DNA of 64,000 nucleotides. Source: Patescibacteria group bacterium UBA5147. Its GTDB lineage: Bacteria > Patescibacteriota > Saccharimonadia > UBA4664. The DNA is taken from NCBI GenBank assembly GCA_002415345.1, contig DHXV01000003.1, positions 152,213-216,212 on the forward strand, read 5' to 3'. Of this stretch, positions 17,837 through 27,423 are shown piece by piece (positions within the stretch are counted from its first letter, which is position 1; every line of letters begins with the position of its first letter). The position numbers and the translations under genes are program-made. The notes below the pieces were generated by a model that saw only the letters and a program-made list of their open reading frames with translations, was not told the DNA's origin and did not search any database.

Positions 17837-19276
17837 TTAGGTTAAAGAGTTTATGGCTCTATCAAGCCGTTTCACGGTCTCGTCTTTTCCCAGTAAGGCT
17901 AATGTTTCGAACAAGCCGGGAGCAGCCGTGCGTCCGGTGACGGCGGCTCTGATAACGCCGAACAGCTGGCCGGTTTTCATCTCCAATTTTTCAGCCAGAG
18001 GCCGCAGGGTGGACTCCAGGGCCGCTTCGGTCCATTGGCTCTTCATGAGGGAGTCACGTACCGCGCCGACAACACGGGCAGCAATCGGGGCGTTTAATGT
18101 CTTGGTGAGCATTATGGGATCGGGTTTTGGGGCCTCAAAGAAGAACTCGGTGAGCTCAGGCAGCTCACTTAAGAACTTGAGGCGCTCGTGGACCAGTTTT
18201 AAGGCATCAAGGCGGTACTCGGCCGGGTATCGGTGGGCCGATTCTGGCCAAAAGCCCTCACAACGCTCCAGCAGCGCTTCCGGGGTCATTTGGCGGATGT
18301 AGTGGCCGTTAAGCCAGTTGAGGCGCTCGGCGTCGAAAACAGCCGGGCTTTTCTGAATACGCTCGAGGGAGAATGCCGCTATCAGCTCGTCGCGGGTGTA
18401 GAACTCCTTGGTTGAGCCTTCCCCGGCGTTCCAACCTAGGCTAGCCAGGAAATTGACCACGGCTTCCGGCAGATACCCGGCGTCGCGGTATTCCAGGGCG
18501 GGCTTGGCACCATGGCGTTTGGATAGCTTGGCCTTATCGGGACCCAATACTTGGGGCAAGTGGGCGTAAATCGGTGCTTCAAACCCGAACGCTTCAAAAA
18601 GCAGCAGGTGCTTGGGGGTGCTCGGGAGCCACTCGTCGCCGCGCAGGACGTGGGTGATTTTCATCAGGTGGTCGTCAAGGGTGGCCGCGAAGTGGTAAGT
18701 CGGGAAGCCGTCGGACTTGATGGCGACAAAGTCGTCAAGGTCGCTGGTGTTGAAGGCGACCGTTCCGCGGACGATATCGTTCCAGCTGATCTCTCCCCTG
18801 CCGTCGGGAATCCGGAACCTGAGGACGTGGGGTTCGTCCAATGATTTCGGGTCGGTCAAACAGTGGCGGTCGTATTTGAAGGCCACTTTGGTTAATTGGG
18901 CGTCCCGGCGAAGGCCGTCGAGGCGCTCCGGAGTACACCAGCACGGGTAGAGCGCGCCCGTTTTAACCAGTTTCTCGGCGTATTCGGCGTAAATCGCCAG
19001 ACGCTCGGACTGGACGTAGGGCCCATAATCGCCCTTTTGCAACCCATCCGGCATAACGCCCTCATCCGGACTGATTCCAAGCCAAGCCAGGCTGCCGGAG
19101 ATGGCATCCGCTGCCCCGTCCACGAGGCGTTCGCGGTCGGTATCCTCCAGACGCAGGACAAACTGGCCGCCGGTCTTACGGGCAATCAGATAATCGAACA
19201 GCGCGGAGCGGATTCCTCCAAGATGAAGAAAACCCGTCGGGCTGGGTGCAAATCGGACACGTATGGGCGTTGACAT
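17837..19276 (-). CDS. gltX: glutamate--tRNA ligase
   Basis: HIGH-class motif (PSPTGFLHLGG), KLSKR (KMSKS) motif, conserved GluRS N-terminal core. Confidence 0.95.
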   Translation of the reverse strand: MSTPIRVRFAPSPTGFLHLGGIRSALFDYLIARKTGGQFVLRLEDTDRERLVDGAADAISGSLAWLGISPDEGVMPDGLQKGDYGPYVQSERLAIYAEYAEKLVKTGALYPCWCTPERLDGLRRDAQLTKVAFKYDRHCLTDPKSLDEPHVLRFRIPDGRGEISWNDIVRGTVAFNTSDLDDFVAIKSDGFPTYHFAATLDDHLMKITHVLRGDEWLPSTPKHLLLFEAFGFEAPIYAHLPQVLGPDKAKLSKRHGAKPALEYRDAGYLPEAVVNFLASLGWNAGEGSTKEFYTRDELIAAFSLERIQKSPAVFDAERLNWLNGHYIRQMTPEALLERCEGFWPESAHRYPAEYRLDALKLVHERLKFLSELPELTEFFFEAPKPDPIMLTKTLNAPIAARVVGAVRDSLMKSQWTEAALESTLRPLAEKLEMKTGQLFGVIRAAVTGRTAAPGLFETLALLGKDETVKRLDRAINSLT

Positions 19277-19301
19277 AGTAGTGGTAACCTTCTCCTGCTG
19301 G

Positions 19302-19637
19302 CTATAGACCTAGCGACGACGGATCAATCGTCACCCACTCGTCGCCGTCTAGTTTGAGCATGTTGGTTTTATGGGTAATTTCATCGGGGTCGTAAACGTT
19401 TTCGAAGTGGACCGTTGCCCCCACTCGCTTGGCGCCCATGGTTTTACGGTCGATAATAGCCGGACCAGTAACGCGTTCCAGCTTGAAACGTTCACCGCCG
19501 CGGTCGAACACCACGAAGGCGACCTTTTCGGTCAGCTCAGGGGCGTCCGCAATGGGTCGGGTGAGGTGGCCATGGTCAGCCAGGCCGAAATTAGCCTCGA
19601 TGGCGTCGGTTATACGGTCCCAGGAGCTATCATTCAT
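19302..19637 (-). CDS. hypothetical protein
   Basis: 111-aa ORF, no recognised motif. Confidence 0.45.
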   Translation of the reverse strand: MNDSSWDRITDAIEANFGLADHGHLTRPIADAPELTEKVAFVVFDRGGERFKLERVTGPAIIDRKTMGAKRVGATVHFENVYDPDEITHKTNMLKLDGDEWVTIDPSSLGL

Positions 19638-19672
19638 ATCCTGATTTTAGCATATGAACGCGACTTATGCTC

Positions 19673-20764
19673 TTAGAGGCTGTAGGCGATTTTCAATATC
19701 TGCTCGCGGCTGAGCCGCGACGCGCCGGTAATGCTGTACCATACGCCGTGGTTGATCCAGGTTGCCTGGTTCTGCTTGAAGAGGTAAACCGTAAGGCCTT
19801 GGCCCGCTACCGCGGCGTACTCACCGCCTTGTTTTGTGACGAAGTTATCTAGCAGCGAGCTTGAATCCCAGTCGGTGCGGTTTTGGGCTATCGTCAGGCT
19901 GGCCGGTTGATTGGGGGTAGCAAACTGCAATGTAACCAGGCCCGGCGCGGTACTGGTTCGCTTCAGCTTGTAACTCGACGGAACGAAGCCTGGCAGGGAC
20001 GCGCTCAACCCAGCCTTGTTCCCGGCGGCCTGGATGGCCATTTTGGGATAATTCTGGAGCCAGACATAAGTGCCCATTATTACGACCGCTCCGACAACCG
20101 CTGCTACTCTGCCGACCCTGGAGTTGGCGTTGGGGACACTTACCGGAGGCATCTGACCTATCAGCCGGCTGAGGGCCTCATGGTGGGTGGCCGCCGCAGC
20201 CGTTAGAGAGGCTTCGGATCGGGATACGACCTTTGTTACTTCGGCTTCATTTTCGGCCCGGCCGTTGGCGACGGTCGATTGGAAGTGCTGACTGAATTTA
20301 GCCACCGATGCACTGCGGCCGGTCTTCTTGGCGCGTTCATACCGGTCTTCGAAACGTTCGGGGCGGAAATTGTCGCTTGATTTATTGCTGGCGGCGGTGG
20401 TTTTGATGAGCTTAGGCACAGGATGCTGGCGGGCGGGGGTAGTATTCTCAGCTATTGCCGAGGTGGGCATGGGTGCTTGTCCGGGTGCTGGTCTTGAAGC
20501 CCGCGGACCTATGTCGCTGATCAACTTGCCAGAACGCGCTCCCGAAACGACTATGTTGCGGGTCAGCCTTGGTGATACTTGAGGCGCGCCGCGCCGCGCC
20601 GGCCCAATGTCCATACTACGGCGGACTGCGGTGCCAGGCTTAGCATTTAGTATATGGGGTTCGGACCCAGCCTCGGAACCGGCACGAGTACCGCAGGTGC
20701 CGCAGTAGTCGCCGGTTCCAATCCGGATCATTGCCGTGTCTGTAACACAGGTCGCGCAGCCCAC
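19673..20764 (-). CDS. hypothetical membrane protein with N-terminal CxxC..CxxC zinc ribbon, Ser/Pro/Ala-rich linker, 1 TM, extracytoplasmic C-terminal domain
   Basis: MGCATCVTDTAMIRIGTGDYCGTCGT; TM VAAVVGAVVIMGTYVWL; architecture resembles membrane anti-sigma-factor-like proteins. Confidence 0.55.
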   Translation of the reverse strand: MGCATCVTDTAMIRIGTGDYCGTCGTRAGSEAGSEPHILNAKPGTAVRRSMDIGPARRGAPQVSPRLTRNIVVSGARSGKLISDIGPRASRPAPGQAPMPTSAIAENTTPARQHPVPKLIKTTAASNKSSDNFRPERFEDRYERAKKTGRSASVAKFSQHFQSTVANGRAENEAEVTKVVSRSEASLTAAAATHHEALSRLIGQMPPVSVPNANSRVGRVAAVVGAVVIMGTYVWLQNYPKMAIQAAGNKAGLSASLPGFVPSSYKLKRTSTAPGLVTLQFATPNQPASLTIAQNRTDWDSSSLLDNFVTKQGGEYAAVAGQGLTVYLFKQNQATWINHGVWYSITGASRLSREQILKIAYSL

Positions 20765-20848
20765 TTATATCCACCAAAGTTATTGTGCTTATGTTACTAC
20801 ATGCGTCGGGCAAATAAAATAGTCGGCCGAGCCACTCGAGGGTAATAC

Positions 20849-21736
20849 CTAGCGGGTTTGCCAGACGCGCCAGATGAACCGGGGCACAGCGAGCTGCCGT
20901 TTCAAGCGCTTGGGCTCCAGCAGGAGCCGCCAGAGCCATTCCAGACCAAGCCTCTGTACTCTGGCCGGGGCTTTCGCCCGGCCGCCGCCGAAGGCCTCAT
21001 AATCGAAGGTTCCGCCTTCGCCGATGAAGACGCCGTGCGGGACTTTCTCGCAGAGTCTTGCGATGACTCGTTCTTGAAGCGGGAACCCCATACCGACAAG
21101 GATAATATCGGGTTTAAGGGTGGCAATCTCCGTTGCGGCCTGATCGATCCAGCCGTCGGAAACACTGCCCAAGGTTGATAATTCGTCACGGCCGGAGCGC
21201 GTGCCGACAATTACCAGGCCCGGAATTTTGTGGGTCAGGGTCGCCGACGTGTGAGCGATAGCTTCAGCGTTGTTCTGACCCATCAGGAACACGCCAAGTT
21301 TCTTCCGCGCCGCCGTTTCCAACAAAGGAAGGGTGAAATTGATGCCGGCGATTTTTTCCGGCAACGGCCACGTCAGCGCCGATGGTTGCAGGACAATCTG
21401 CGTCAACGTCCGCCAGAACCGCCAACCGCCGTGCGGCCCGGCATACAGGTAGTGGGCGGCCCATATGGCAGCCACGCCGTCCGGCAGGGACATGTAGGCG
21501 CCGTTAAGGAGCTCCCGCAGTTCCGGGCGCGTGGCGGCGCGGTCCAAGAATTCAACGTACGGCTTCACGACGTACCGCGCGGCGGATTCGGGCTCCGCCG
21601 CAACATCGGTGATGTGCATAATGGCCGAGTTAATCGTTATGGCGTCAATTTCGACCCCTAGGATGCTCACCCGATCTACATCGGGGCGGGTAACGGTATT
21701 AATTGCCATCGGTTGCTCCCTTGCGGTGGGAACCAA
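20849..21736 (-). CDS. WecB/TagA/CpsF-family glycosyltransferase
   Basis: C-terminal signature GLEWLWRLLLEPKRLKRQ typical of the WecG/TagA family. Confidence 0.8.
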   Translation of the reverse strand: MVPTAREQPMAINTVTRPDVDRVSILGVEIDAITINSAIMHITDVAAEPESAARYVVKPYVEFLDRAATRPELRELLNGAYMSLPDGVAAIWAAHYLYAGPHGGWRFWRTLTQIVLQPSALTWPLPEKIAGINFTLPLLETAARKKLGVFLMGQNNAEAIAHTSATLTHKIPGLVIVGTRSGRDELSTLGSVSDGWIDQAATEIATLKPDIILVGMGFPLQERVIARLCEKVPHGVFIGEGGTFDYEAFGGGRAKAPARVQRLGLEWLWRLLLEPKRLKRQLAVPRFIWRVWQTR

Positions 21737-22973
21737 GGTAGGTGCCGGCCAGTATCCAAAACACGAACGCTGTCGAAGAATCGGCCCAGCCGTGCAGGAA
21801 GAGGTTCTCTATGCTTAGGCCAACCAACGTGCCGAACAGCGCCAGAGCGATGACAGATTGGCGTCGATCCTTAAGTAATTGCCAGCCCAAGATTACGATA
21901 ATGCATAGAAACGCGAGGAGTCCCGCGATGCCTGTTTCCAAGGCCAGCTGCAGATAATAATTTTCCGGAATATCTGCCACCCCGCCGTGGAATGATGCCG
22001 GGCCGGCACTTCCCAGGCCTAAGCCCCAGGGATGCTTGGCCACGCTCGCTAAGGCTGCCGACAAGGCTGTTCCGTGTTGGGCCGTAGAATTACTGGAAAA
22101 TTCCGCGACGGTGCTTTCATGGAGGACATAGAAGCTTAAGTCACTATTCTTAATGGTATTAAACGAGAGGAATGCTCCGGTAGTGCCAAGCACAACCAGG
22201 GCGATAACTGTCGCCAGCAATGCCCGCTTGGACTTAATCAGTGCCAGCAGGATGACCAGAACCCCGATTGCGGCGCCCAGCCAGGCGCTGCGCGAATAGC
22301 TTGCCGCAATGCCGCCGATGAGAGTCAGAGTCAACGGGACTTGCCACCAGCGCCAGCGTTTTATCATCATAGCGACACTCAGGCATAACGGTAGGATCAA
22401 GAAGGCTCCAAATTGATTCGGACCGCCCAGTGTTGAGGGCGTTCTAATTCCGAAGGCTTGGGGGCCGATCAGCCGGTAAGGGAGAATTGTGTCAGGACCG
22501 TAACCGAAGCTCTTGAGAAAATCCGGCGGCAGGGCATACGACAGTAACATGCCGATTCCGGCGACCGCCACGCCGGTAACCAAGATAACCCGGGTTAAAT
22601 GAGTCAATAAGTTCTTATTTGCGATAAGAAATGCTACGCAGAACAGGGCCAGGAATTCGATATCGGTCTTGATGCCGAAGATGGCAGCCGTGAGGTTGGG
22701 TCGCGCAATGAGGGTGACGGTGAGAGCCACGACGATAAACGCCCCGACGGCGTAAAACAACGGAGTGCGGAAGCGCTGGATGAGCTGGGGATTTTTTAGG
22801 ATCATCGCCAAGGAAAGAGCGACCAGAGTTACCGCCAGCGCCTCTTTCCAGCTCTGAATCAACGCTTGATGGCCGAATATGCTGCCCGCCCAAACGCTGA
22901 GGAAGGCATGGAACGGCATCAGCAGGACGATTGCGATCAGTCCGGCCTGAACCGGACGGGTAAGCCGCGTCAC
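21699..22973 (-). CDS. O-antigen ligase / Wzy-like polytopic membrane protein
   Basis: About 10-12 TM helices with a central periplasmic-loop region as in Wzy_C/O-antigen-ligase family proteins. Confidence 0.65.
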   Translation of the reverse strand: MTRLTRPVQAGLIAIVLLMPFHAFLSVWAGSIFGHQALIQSWKEALAVTLVALSLAMILKNPQLIQRFRTPLFYAVGAFIVVALTVTLIARPNLTAAIFGIKTDIEFLALFCVAFLIANKNLLTHLTRVILVTGVAVAGIGMLLSYALPPDFLKSFGYGPDTILPYRLIGPQAFGIRTPSTLGGPNQFGAFLILPLCLSVAMMIKRWRWWQVPLTLTLIGGIAASYSRSAWLGAAIGVLVILLALIKSKRALLATVIALVVLGTTGAFLSFNTIKNSDLSFYVLHESTVAEFSSNSTAQHGTALSAALASVAKHPWGLGLGSAGPASFHGGVADIPENYYLQLALETGIAGLLAFLCIIVILGWQLLKDRRQSVIALALFGTLVGLSIENLFLHGWADSSTAFVFWILAGTYLGSHRKGATDGN

Positions 22974-23977
22974 TACTTAACCGCCACCAGGCTGCGCTTG
23001 TACTCTTCCAGGTTATCGAGGGCGATGCCGGTACCGCGCGCGACGCACAACAGCGGTTCCTCGGCTACCACGCAAGGTACGCCCGTAACCTGCGTCAACA
23101 TCTTGTCGAGGTTGGCTAGCAAAGCGCCGCCGCCGGTCAGTACCATGCCGCGGTCGATGATGTCGGAGGACAACTCGGGAGGAGTTTGCTCCAGCACGAC
23201 GCGAATGCCCTGAATAATTTTTTCCAGCTCGTCCTGAATAGCCTCTGCCACTTCGTTGCCGCGGATAGTAATTGTTTTCGGCAGTCCGGCGACCATGTCG
23301 CGGCCGCGAATTTCCATGGTTTTGTCACGGGTCAGTAGGAGGGCGCTGCCCAGCCGCATTTTGATGACTTCAGCGGTCCGGTCACCAATGGCCAGGCCGT
23401 ATTTACGACGGATATAGTCGGCGATGGCCGAGTCAAACCGGTTGCCGCCGACGCGAATGCTGTGCTGGGCCACCACGCCGCCCAAGCTTAAAATAGCTAT
23501 CTCGGTGGTGCCGCCACCAATATCCACCACCATGTTGCCGGCAGCCGAAGCAATCGGGATGCCGGCACCGATAGCGGCCGCCACGGGCTCGCGAATAATG
23601 TAGGCCGCCCGTGCTCCGGCGGCCAAGGTGGCGTCAATGACGGCCCGCCGTTCGGTAGAGGTGGCACCGGCCGGCACGCAGACCATGACATCCGGCTTAG
23701 ACAAACGGAAACCCCCGGAAACCTTCCCGATATAATAGCGGATCATCGCGGAGGTGATGCGGTAGTCGGCAATTACGCCGTCGCGCAGCGGACGTGAAGC
23801 GACGATATTGTCAGGCGTACGGCCCAGCATTTCCTTGGCTTCTGAACCGATGGCGACAATCTTGTTCTGGTCGTCGATGGCGACAACGCTCGGCTCATTG
23901 ATGACGATACCGCGTTTGGGTATGTAGACCAGGATGTTGGCGGTACCCAGGTCGATGGCAATGCGTTTAGAAAACAT
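22973..23977 (-). CDS. mreB: rod shape-determining protein MreB
   Basis: IAIDLGTANILVY...GRTPDNIVASRPLRDGVIADY...VVDIGGGTTEIAILSLGG; start taken at MFSKRIAID. Confidence 0.9.
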   Translation of the reverse strand: MFSKRIAIDLGTANILVYIPKRGIVINEPSVVAIDDQNKIVAIGSEAKEMLGRTPDNIVASRPLRDGVIADYRITSAMIRYYIGKVSGGFRLSKPDVMVCVPAGATSTERRAVIDATLAAGARAAYIIREPVAAAIGAGIPIASAAGNMVVDIGGGTTEIAILSLGGVVAQHSIRVGGNRFDSAIADYIRRKYGLAIGDRTAEVIKMRLGSALLLTRDKTMEIRGRDMVAGLPKTITIRGNEVAEAIQDELEKIIQGIRVVLEQTPPELSSDIIDRGMVLTGGGALLANLDKMLTQVTGVPCVVAEEPLLCVARGTGIALDNLEEYKRSLVAVK

Positions 23978-24045
23978 AACCAGAGTATAGCGGTTGCACG
24001 GTAGCGACAGCAACCGTACGCGTGCTATAGTTCATCCGAACTATT

Positions 24046-25446
24046 ATGCTAAAACGCATCCTCACAGCTATCGGTTATGTCTGTTTAACGCTTGCGGTCA
24101 TTGTATTGACCGCCGGTCTGGTTGCCTATGGGAACGGCTACAGCTACAACTTCAAGACCCATAAGCTTATTCGTACCGGATTGATTATCGTTCAGTCATT
24201 TCCGTCCGGCCTGCATGTAACACTTGAGAACAAACTGCTCAAAAAGAAGACTCCTTACCGGGTCTCCTTGGAATCTGGTACTTATCGCATAAGCCTAAGT
24301 AAAGAAGGCTACTACCCTTGGACTAAACTTATTCATGTTATTGCCTCCGAAGTCTCCCTGGCCCAATACGTCCTGCTCATTCCGAAGCAGCCGCAAACGA
24401 CCACGCTTGATACTAGGACGCAGATAACAGCGCAGGACATGTCGCGCGACCATCGGCACCTGGCCTATGTGGTGGCAGGCATCGAGCCGGCGGTTTATAC
24501 CCTGGATGTGTCAAATCAAAATGCCAAGCCGGTACGCTTATACCTACCGAAAGCTGCCACTGAAACAGTGCCCGTCGAGGAGCTGACCGCCGTAACCTGG
24601 TCTGATGACGCCTCGCACCTGCTAATCATCTCCAAAATCGGCGACACCGTGACCCATCATCTGGTCTCGTCCAATGGCAGCGACGTTAAAAACCTCACGA
24701 CTCAGTATGGTTTTAATTTTACCGGCATCAAATTCAGCGGTACCAACTGGCAGCAGCTCTATTGGATTTCTCCCGACGGCTTGCGTCGGCTCGATGTCGG
24801 CTCGCAGAGTGTTTCCGGGGTTTTGGCCGATAAGGTCAGTCAGTTTAATATCGCGGACAACCGGATTCTCTACGTGCAGTCGACCGACTTGGGCCGTACC
24901 TTATGGAGTACCGACGGCCGAGGCAATAATCAGATTCTTATCCAGCCACTGCCTGAGAGCGATTCGTATTCCATTGACGCCACGCGTTACAACAACCAGG
25001 ACTTTTTGTCCGTCGTTCCTTTAAAAACGGCCGTGGGTACGCTTTACTCTGGCATTTACGACGCCAACCCCGTTTCAAAAGTCGTAGCCCGCAATGTCAC
25101 GCTCACTTCGTTTTCACCAGACGGCCACCTGGCCATCTATAACTCCTCAACTGCAGTCAAAACCTATGATCTTGAGCGCAGCGATGTTGATAACAAAACC
25201 GTCGTGTATGAGTTCCCGGCTAGTGCCGGTGCTATTACTACTATGACCTGGTTCGATAATTTCCATCTCCTGATGGCCCGTGGCGGCCGCCTCATTTGGA
25301 GTGAATTCGACGGCGCCAACCAGGTTGATCTGGGACCGGTTAGCGACGTACTTCCATCTTATTCAACAAGTGACCTTAAATCTATCATCAGCTACAAGAT
25401 CGTCGATAGCGCCGTCCATCTTGTTGCGACATTGATTCGCCCGTAA
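24046..25446 (+). CDS. membrane-anchored PEGA-domain protein with C-terminal beta-propeller (TolB/WD40-like) region
   Basis: PEGA-like motif SFPSGLHVTLENKLL...GTYRISLSKEGYYP; repetitive beta-strand-rich C-terminal part. Confidence 0.65.
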   Translation: MLKRILTAIGYVCLTLAVIVLTAGLVAYGNGYSYNFKTHKLIRTGLIIVQSFPSGLHVTLENKLLKKKTPYRVSLESGTYRISLSKEGYYPWTKLIHVIASEVSLAQYVLLIPKQPQTTTLDTRTQITAQDMSRDHRHLAYVVAGIEPAVYTLDVSNQNAKPVRLYLPKAATETVPVEELTAVTWSDDASHLLIISKIGDTVTHHLVSSNGSDVKNLTTQYGFNFTGIKFSGTNWQQLYWISPDGLRRLDVGSQSVSGVLADKVSQFNIADNRILYVQSTDLGRTLWSTDGRGNNQILIQPLPESDSYSIDATRYNNQDFLSVVPLKTAVGTLYSGIYDANPVSKVVARNVTLTSFSPDGHLAIYNSSTAVKTYDLERSDVDNKTVVYEFPASAGAITTMTWFDNFHLLMARGGRLIWSEFDGANQVDLGPVSDVLPSYSTSDLKSIISYKIVDSAVHLVATLIRP

Positions 25447-25448
25447 CA

Positions 25449-26102
25449 ATGAAAGATGATTACATACTAATCAATCGCGCCGCATATGATGCTACGGCCG
25501 AAGAATTCCAGCACAAGAAAGTAATCCGGCATGATGGGACCGTTCATGTCGTCAATGATTTCTTAGACGTACTCCGTAAAGTAACTGGTAAAAATACATC
25601 CTCGATACTTGAGCTTGGACCTGGTTCGGGCTATGCATCTATGCTTATGGCCGAGCAAGGGCATAAAGTCACGGCTATTGAGTTTTCGGAACCGATGGCG
25701 AGGTTAGCCCGGGATACGGCAAAAAGTGCCAATATCGTCCACGCGGAATTTCTAGCCCACGATTTCGGAGGCCAGAAATTTGATTGAGTATTTGCCATCG
25801 CTTTTATTCATTTGTTTCCAGACGATGATGCTCGAGCGGTTTTGGATAAGATCAGAGGATTGCTAGCGCCTGATGGGGTTGCATTCATCTCGACTACGAA
25901 AAGTAGCGATAGTTGTGAAGGCTACTCTACTAAGACGAACTTCATGAATTCTGGTAAACGGTTTCGTCGTCATTACACCAAGGCAAGTCTAGAGGGATTA
26001 CTCAATGAAGCTCATCTCCATATACTCGGTTACACGGAGGATGACGACCAGGAGGTCATTGGCAAAGTTTGGATGAACTTCACGCTTCAGGCGGCCAAGT
26101 AG
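25449..26102 (+). pseudogene. class I SAM-dependent methyltransferase interrupted by a single in-frame TGA (25785..25787)
   Basis: Two ORFs in the same frame: motif I LELGPGSGYAS then ...GQKFD-TGA-VFAIAFIHLFPDDDA (post-I/motif II region). The stop sits where a sense codon is expected. Confidence 0.6.
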
Positions 26103-26153
26103 CTAAAATCTAGACTGAATATGTATAAATAATCGATTATTACTGACTTCTAA

Positions 26154-26239
26154 TGGTACCGCTGGTCGGAGTCGAACCGACATGACCGTGAAGTCGAGGG
26201 ATTTTGAGTCCCTTGTGTCTACCATTCCACCACAGCGGC
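26154..26239 (-). tRNA. tRNA-Leu (anticodon CAA), long variable arm, CCA encoded
   Basis: Minus-strand fold: acceptor GCCGCTG/CAGCGGT, D-loop GTGGAATGGTAGAC, anticodon loop CTCAAAA, 15-nt variable arm, T-arm GTCGG-TTCGACT-CCGAC. Confidence 0.85.
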
Positions 26240-26337
26240 ATAAGTTGTAAGGACTTTCGGGACGCAAATTTATTACGTCATTGCTTGGTAAAAGCACGTA
26301 GCAAGATTATCATAATAGTAGTCTTCAGGAACAGCCC

Positions 26338-27420
26338 ATGAGCTCAGATTTCGATTCTCTCAATATTGCTCCCTTGCGTCGCGGTCGCGAATTGCCGATG
26401 GCTGAGGTTAGTGCTGCCAACCATCCTAAGGCTGCCGCGTTGGCCCGGGAACGCATTGCGGGTATTGACGAGTCGGCGGGCCACGTTGATACCAAAGCTG
26501 TTCCAGCCCTTGCGCCAGCTCAACTTGAGACCAATCGTTACCGCCTGGCTGACCAGGTTGCTGCGACCAAGCCCGTATTTTCAGTTAAGCAAACTGGCCA
26601 GAACCCCGGCCGACGCGCCATTCCTTCAGTAGTACGTCCGCTTGTTACGGCGGCCGGGGTTTTCCTATTACTCCTGCTCCTGCTCAAATCCCCGGTGATC
26701 TTCACTCAGCTGCAATACTTGTTCGATAAACCGAATCCCACGCCGGCGGCCCAGACCGCCTCGACGAGCGTTGTGCCCGGTGATCCGACAATCAGCATTC
26801 CTAAAATCAATGTTTTTTCGCCCGTAGTTTACGAACCTAGTGTAGCCGAAGGCAATGTTCAGAAGGCGCTGGAATCGGGCGTTGTCCATTATGGTAATAC
26901 GCCGCTTCCCGGCCAACCCGGTAACAGCGTGATCTTTGGCCACTCGTCCAACGACTGGTGGGAGCCGGGAAATTATAAATTCATTTTCGGTCTCCTGGAT
27001 AAACTGGCACCTGGCGACCGTTTTAGCGTTGATTATCAGTCCCGGCGCTATATCTACGAGGTGGCCAGTACTAAAGTCGTAGCACCGACCGATGTCAGTG
27101 TCCTGAACCCGACGGCCGAGCCGACCATGACGCTCATTACCTGCACCCCTCCCGGAACTTCACTCAAGCGGTTGATCGTCACCGCCAAACAAGTCGACCC
27201 GGTACCAACTATCCCTACTGCTCCGGTTAACAACCAGACTGCAAGTAAGGCAGCCCTGCCGGGAGCACCTGCGGGGTTCCTGGATAAGGTGGGCCAAGCG
27301 GTAAGCGGTATCGTTAACGGGATTGCCAGCCTCTTCAGTATGGGCGACAATTCCGCCGCCCCGCAGGCTCCCGGGACCCAGACTCAAACACCACCCAACC
27401 AGCTCCCCGCGGCAAAATAA
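26338..27420 (+). CDS. sortase-family transpeptidase with long N-terminal extension and TM anchor
   Basis: Catalytic His (VIFGHSS) and TLITC active-site Cys motif; Pro-rich C-terminal tail. Confidence 0.85.
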   Translation: MSSDFDSLNIAPLRRGRELPMAEVSAANHPKAAALARERIAGIDESAGHVDTKAVPALAPAQLETNRYRLADQVAATKPVFSVKQTGQNPGRRAIPSVVRPLVTAAGVFLLLLLLLKSPVIFTQLQYLFDKPNPTPAAQTASTSVVPGDPTISIPKINVFSPVVYEPSVAEGNVQKALESGVVHYGNTPLPGQPGNSVIFGHSSNDWWEPGNYKFIFGLLDKLAPGDRFSVDYQSRRYIYEVASTKVVAPTDVSVLNPTAEPTMTLITCTPPGTSLKRLIVTAKQVDPVPTIPTAPVNNQTASKAALPGAPAGFLDKVGQAVSGIVNGIASLFSMGDNSAAPQAPGTQTQTPPNQLPAAK

Positions 27421-27423
27421 CCG

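Noticed and set aside
25785-25787. Alternative genetic code (UGA=Gly/Trp, as in some CPR lineages or Mollicutes) explaining the in-frame TGA
   Set aside because: TGA terminates well-conserved genes in this window (e.g. der at 465..467) and long ORFs are otherwise intact, so the standard code applies.
26103-26297. 64-aa minus-strand ORF
   Set aside because: Fully overlaps tRNA-Leu(CAA); spurious.
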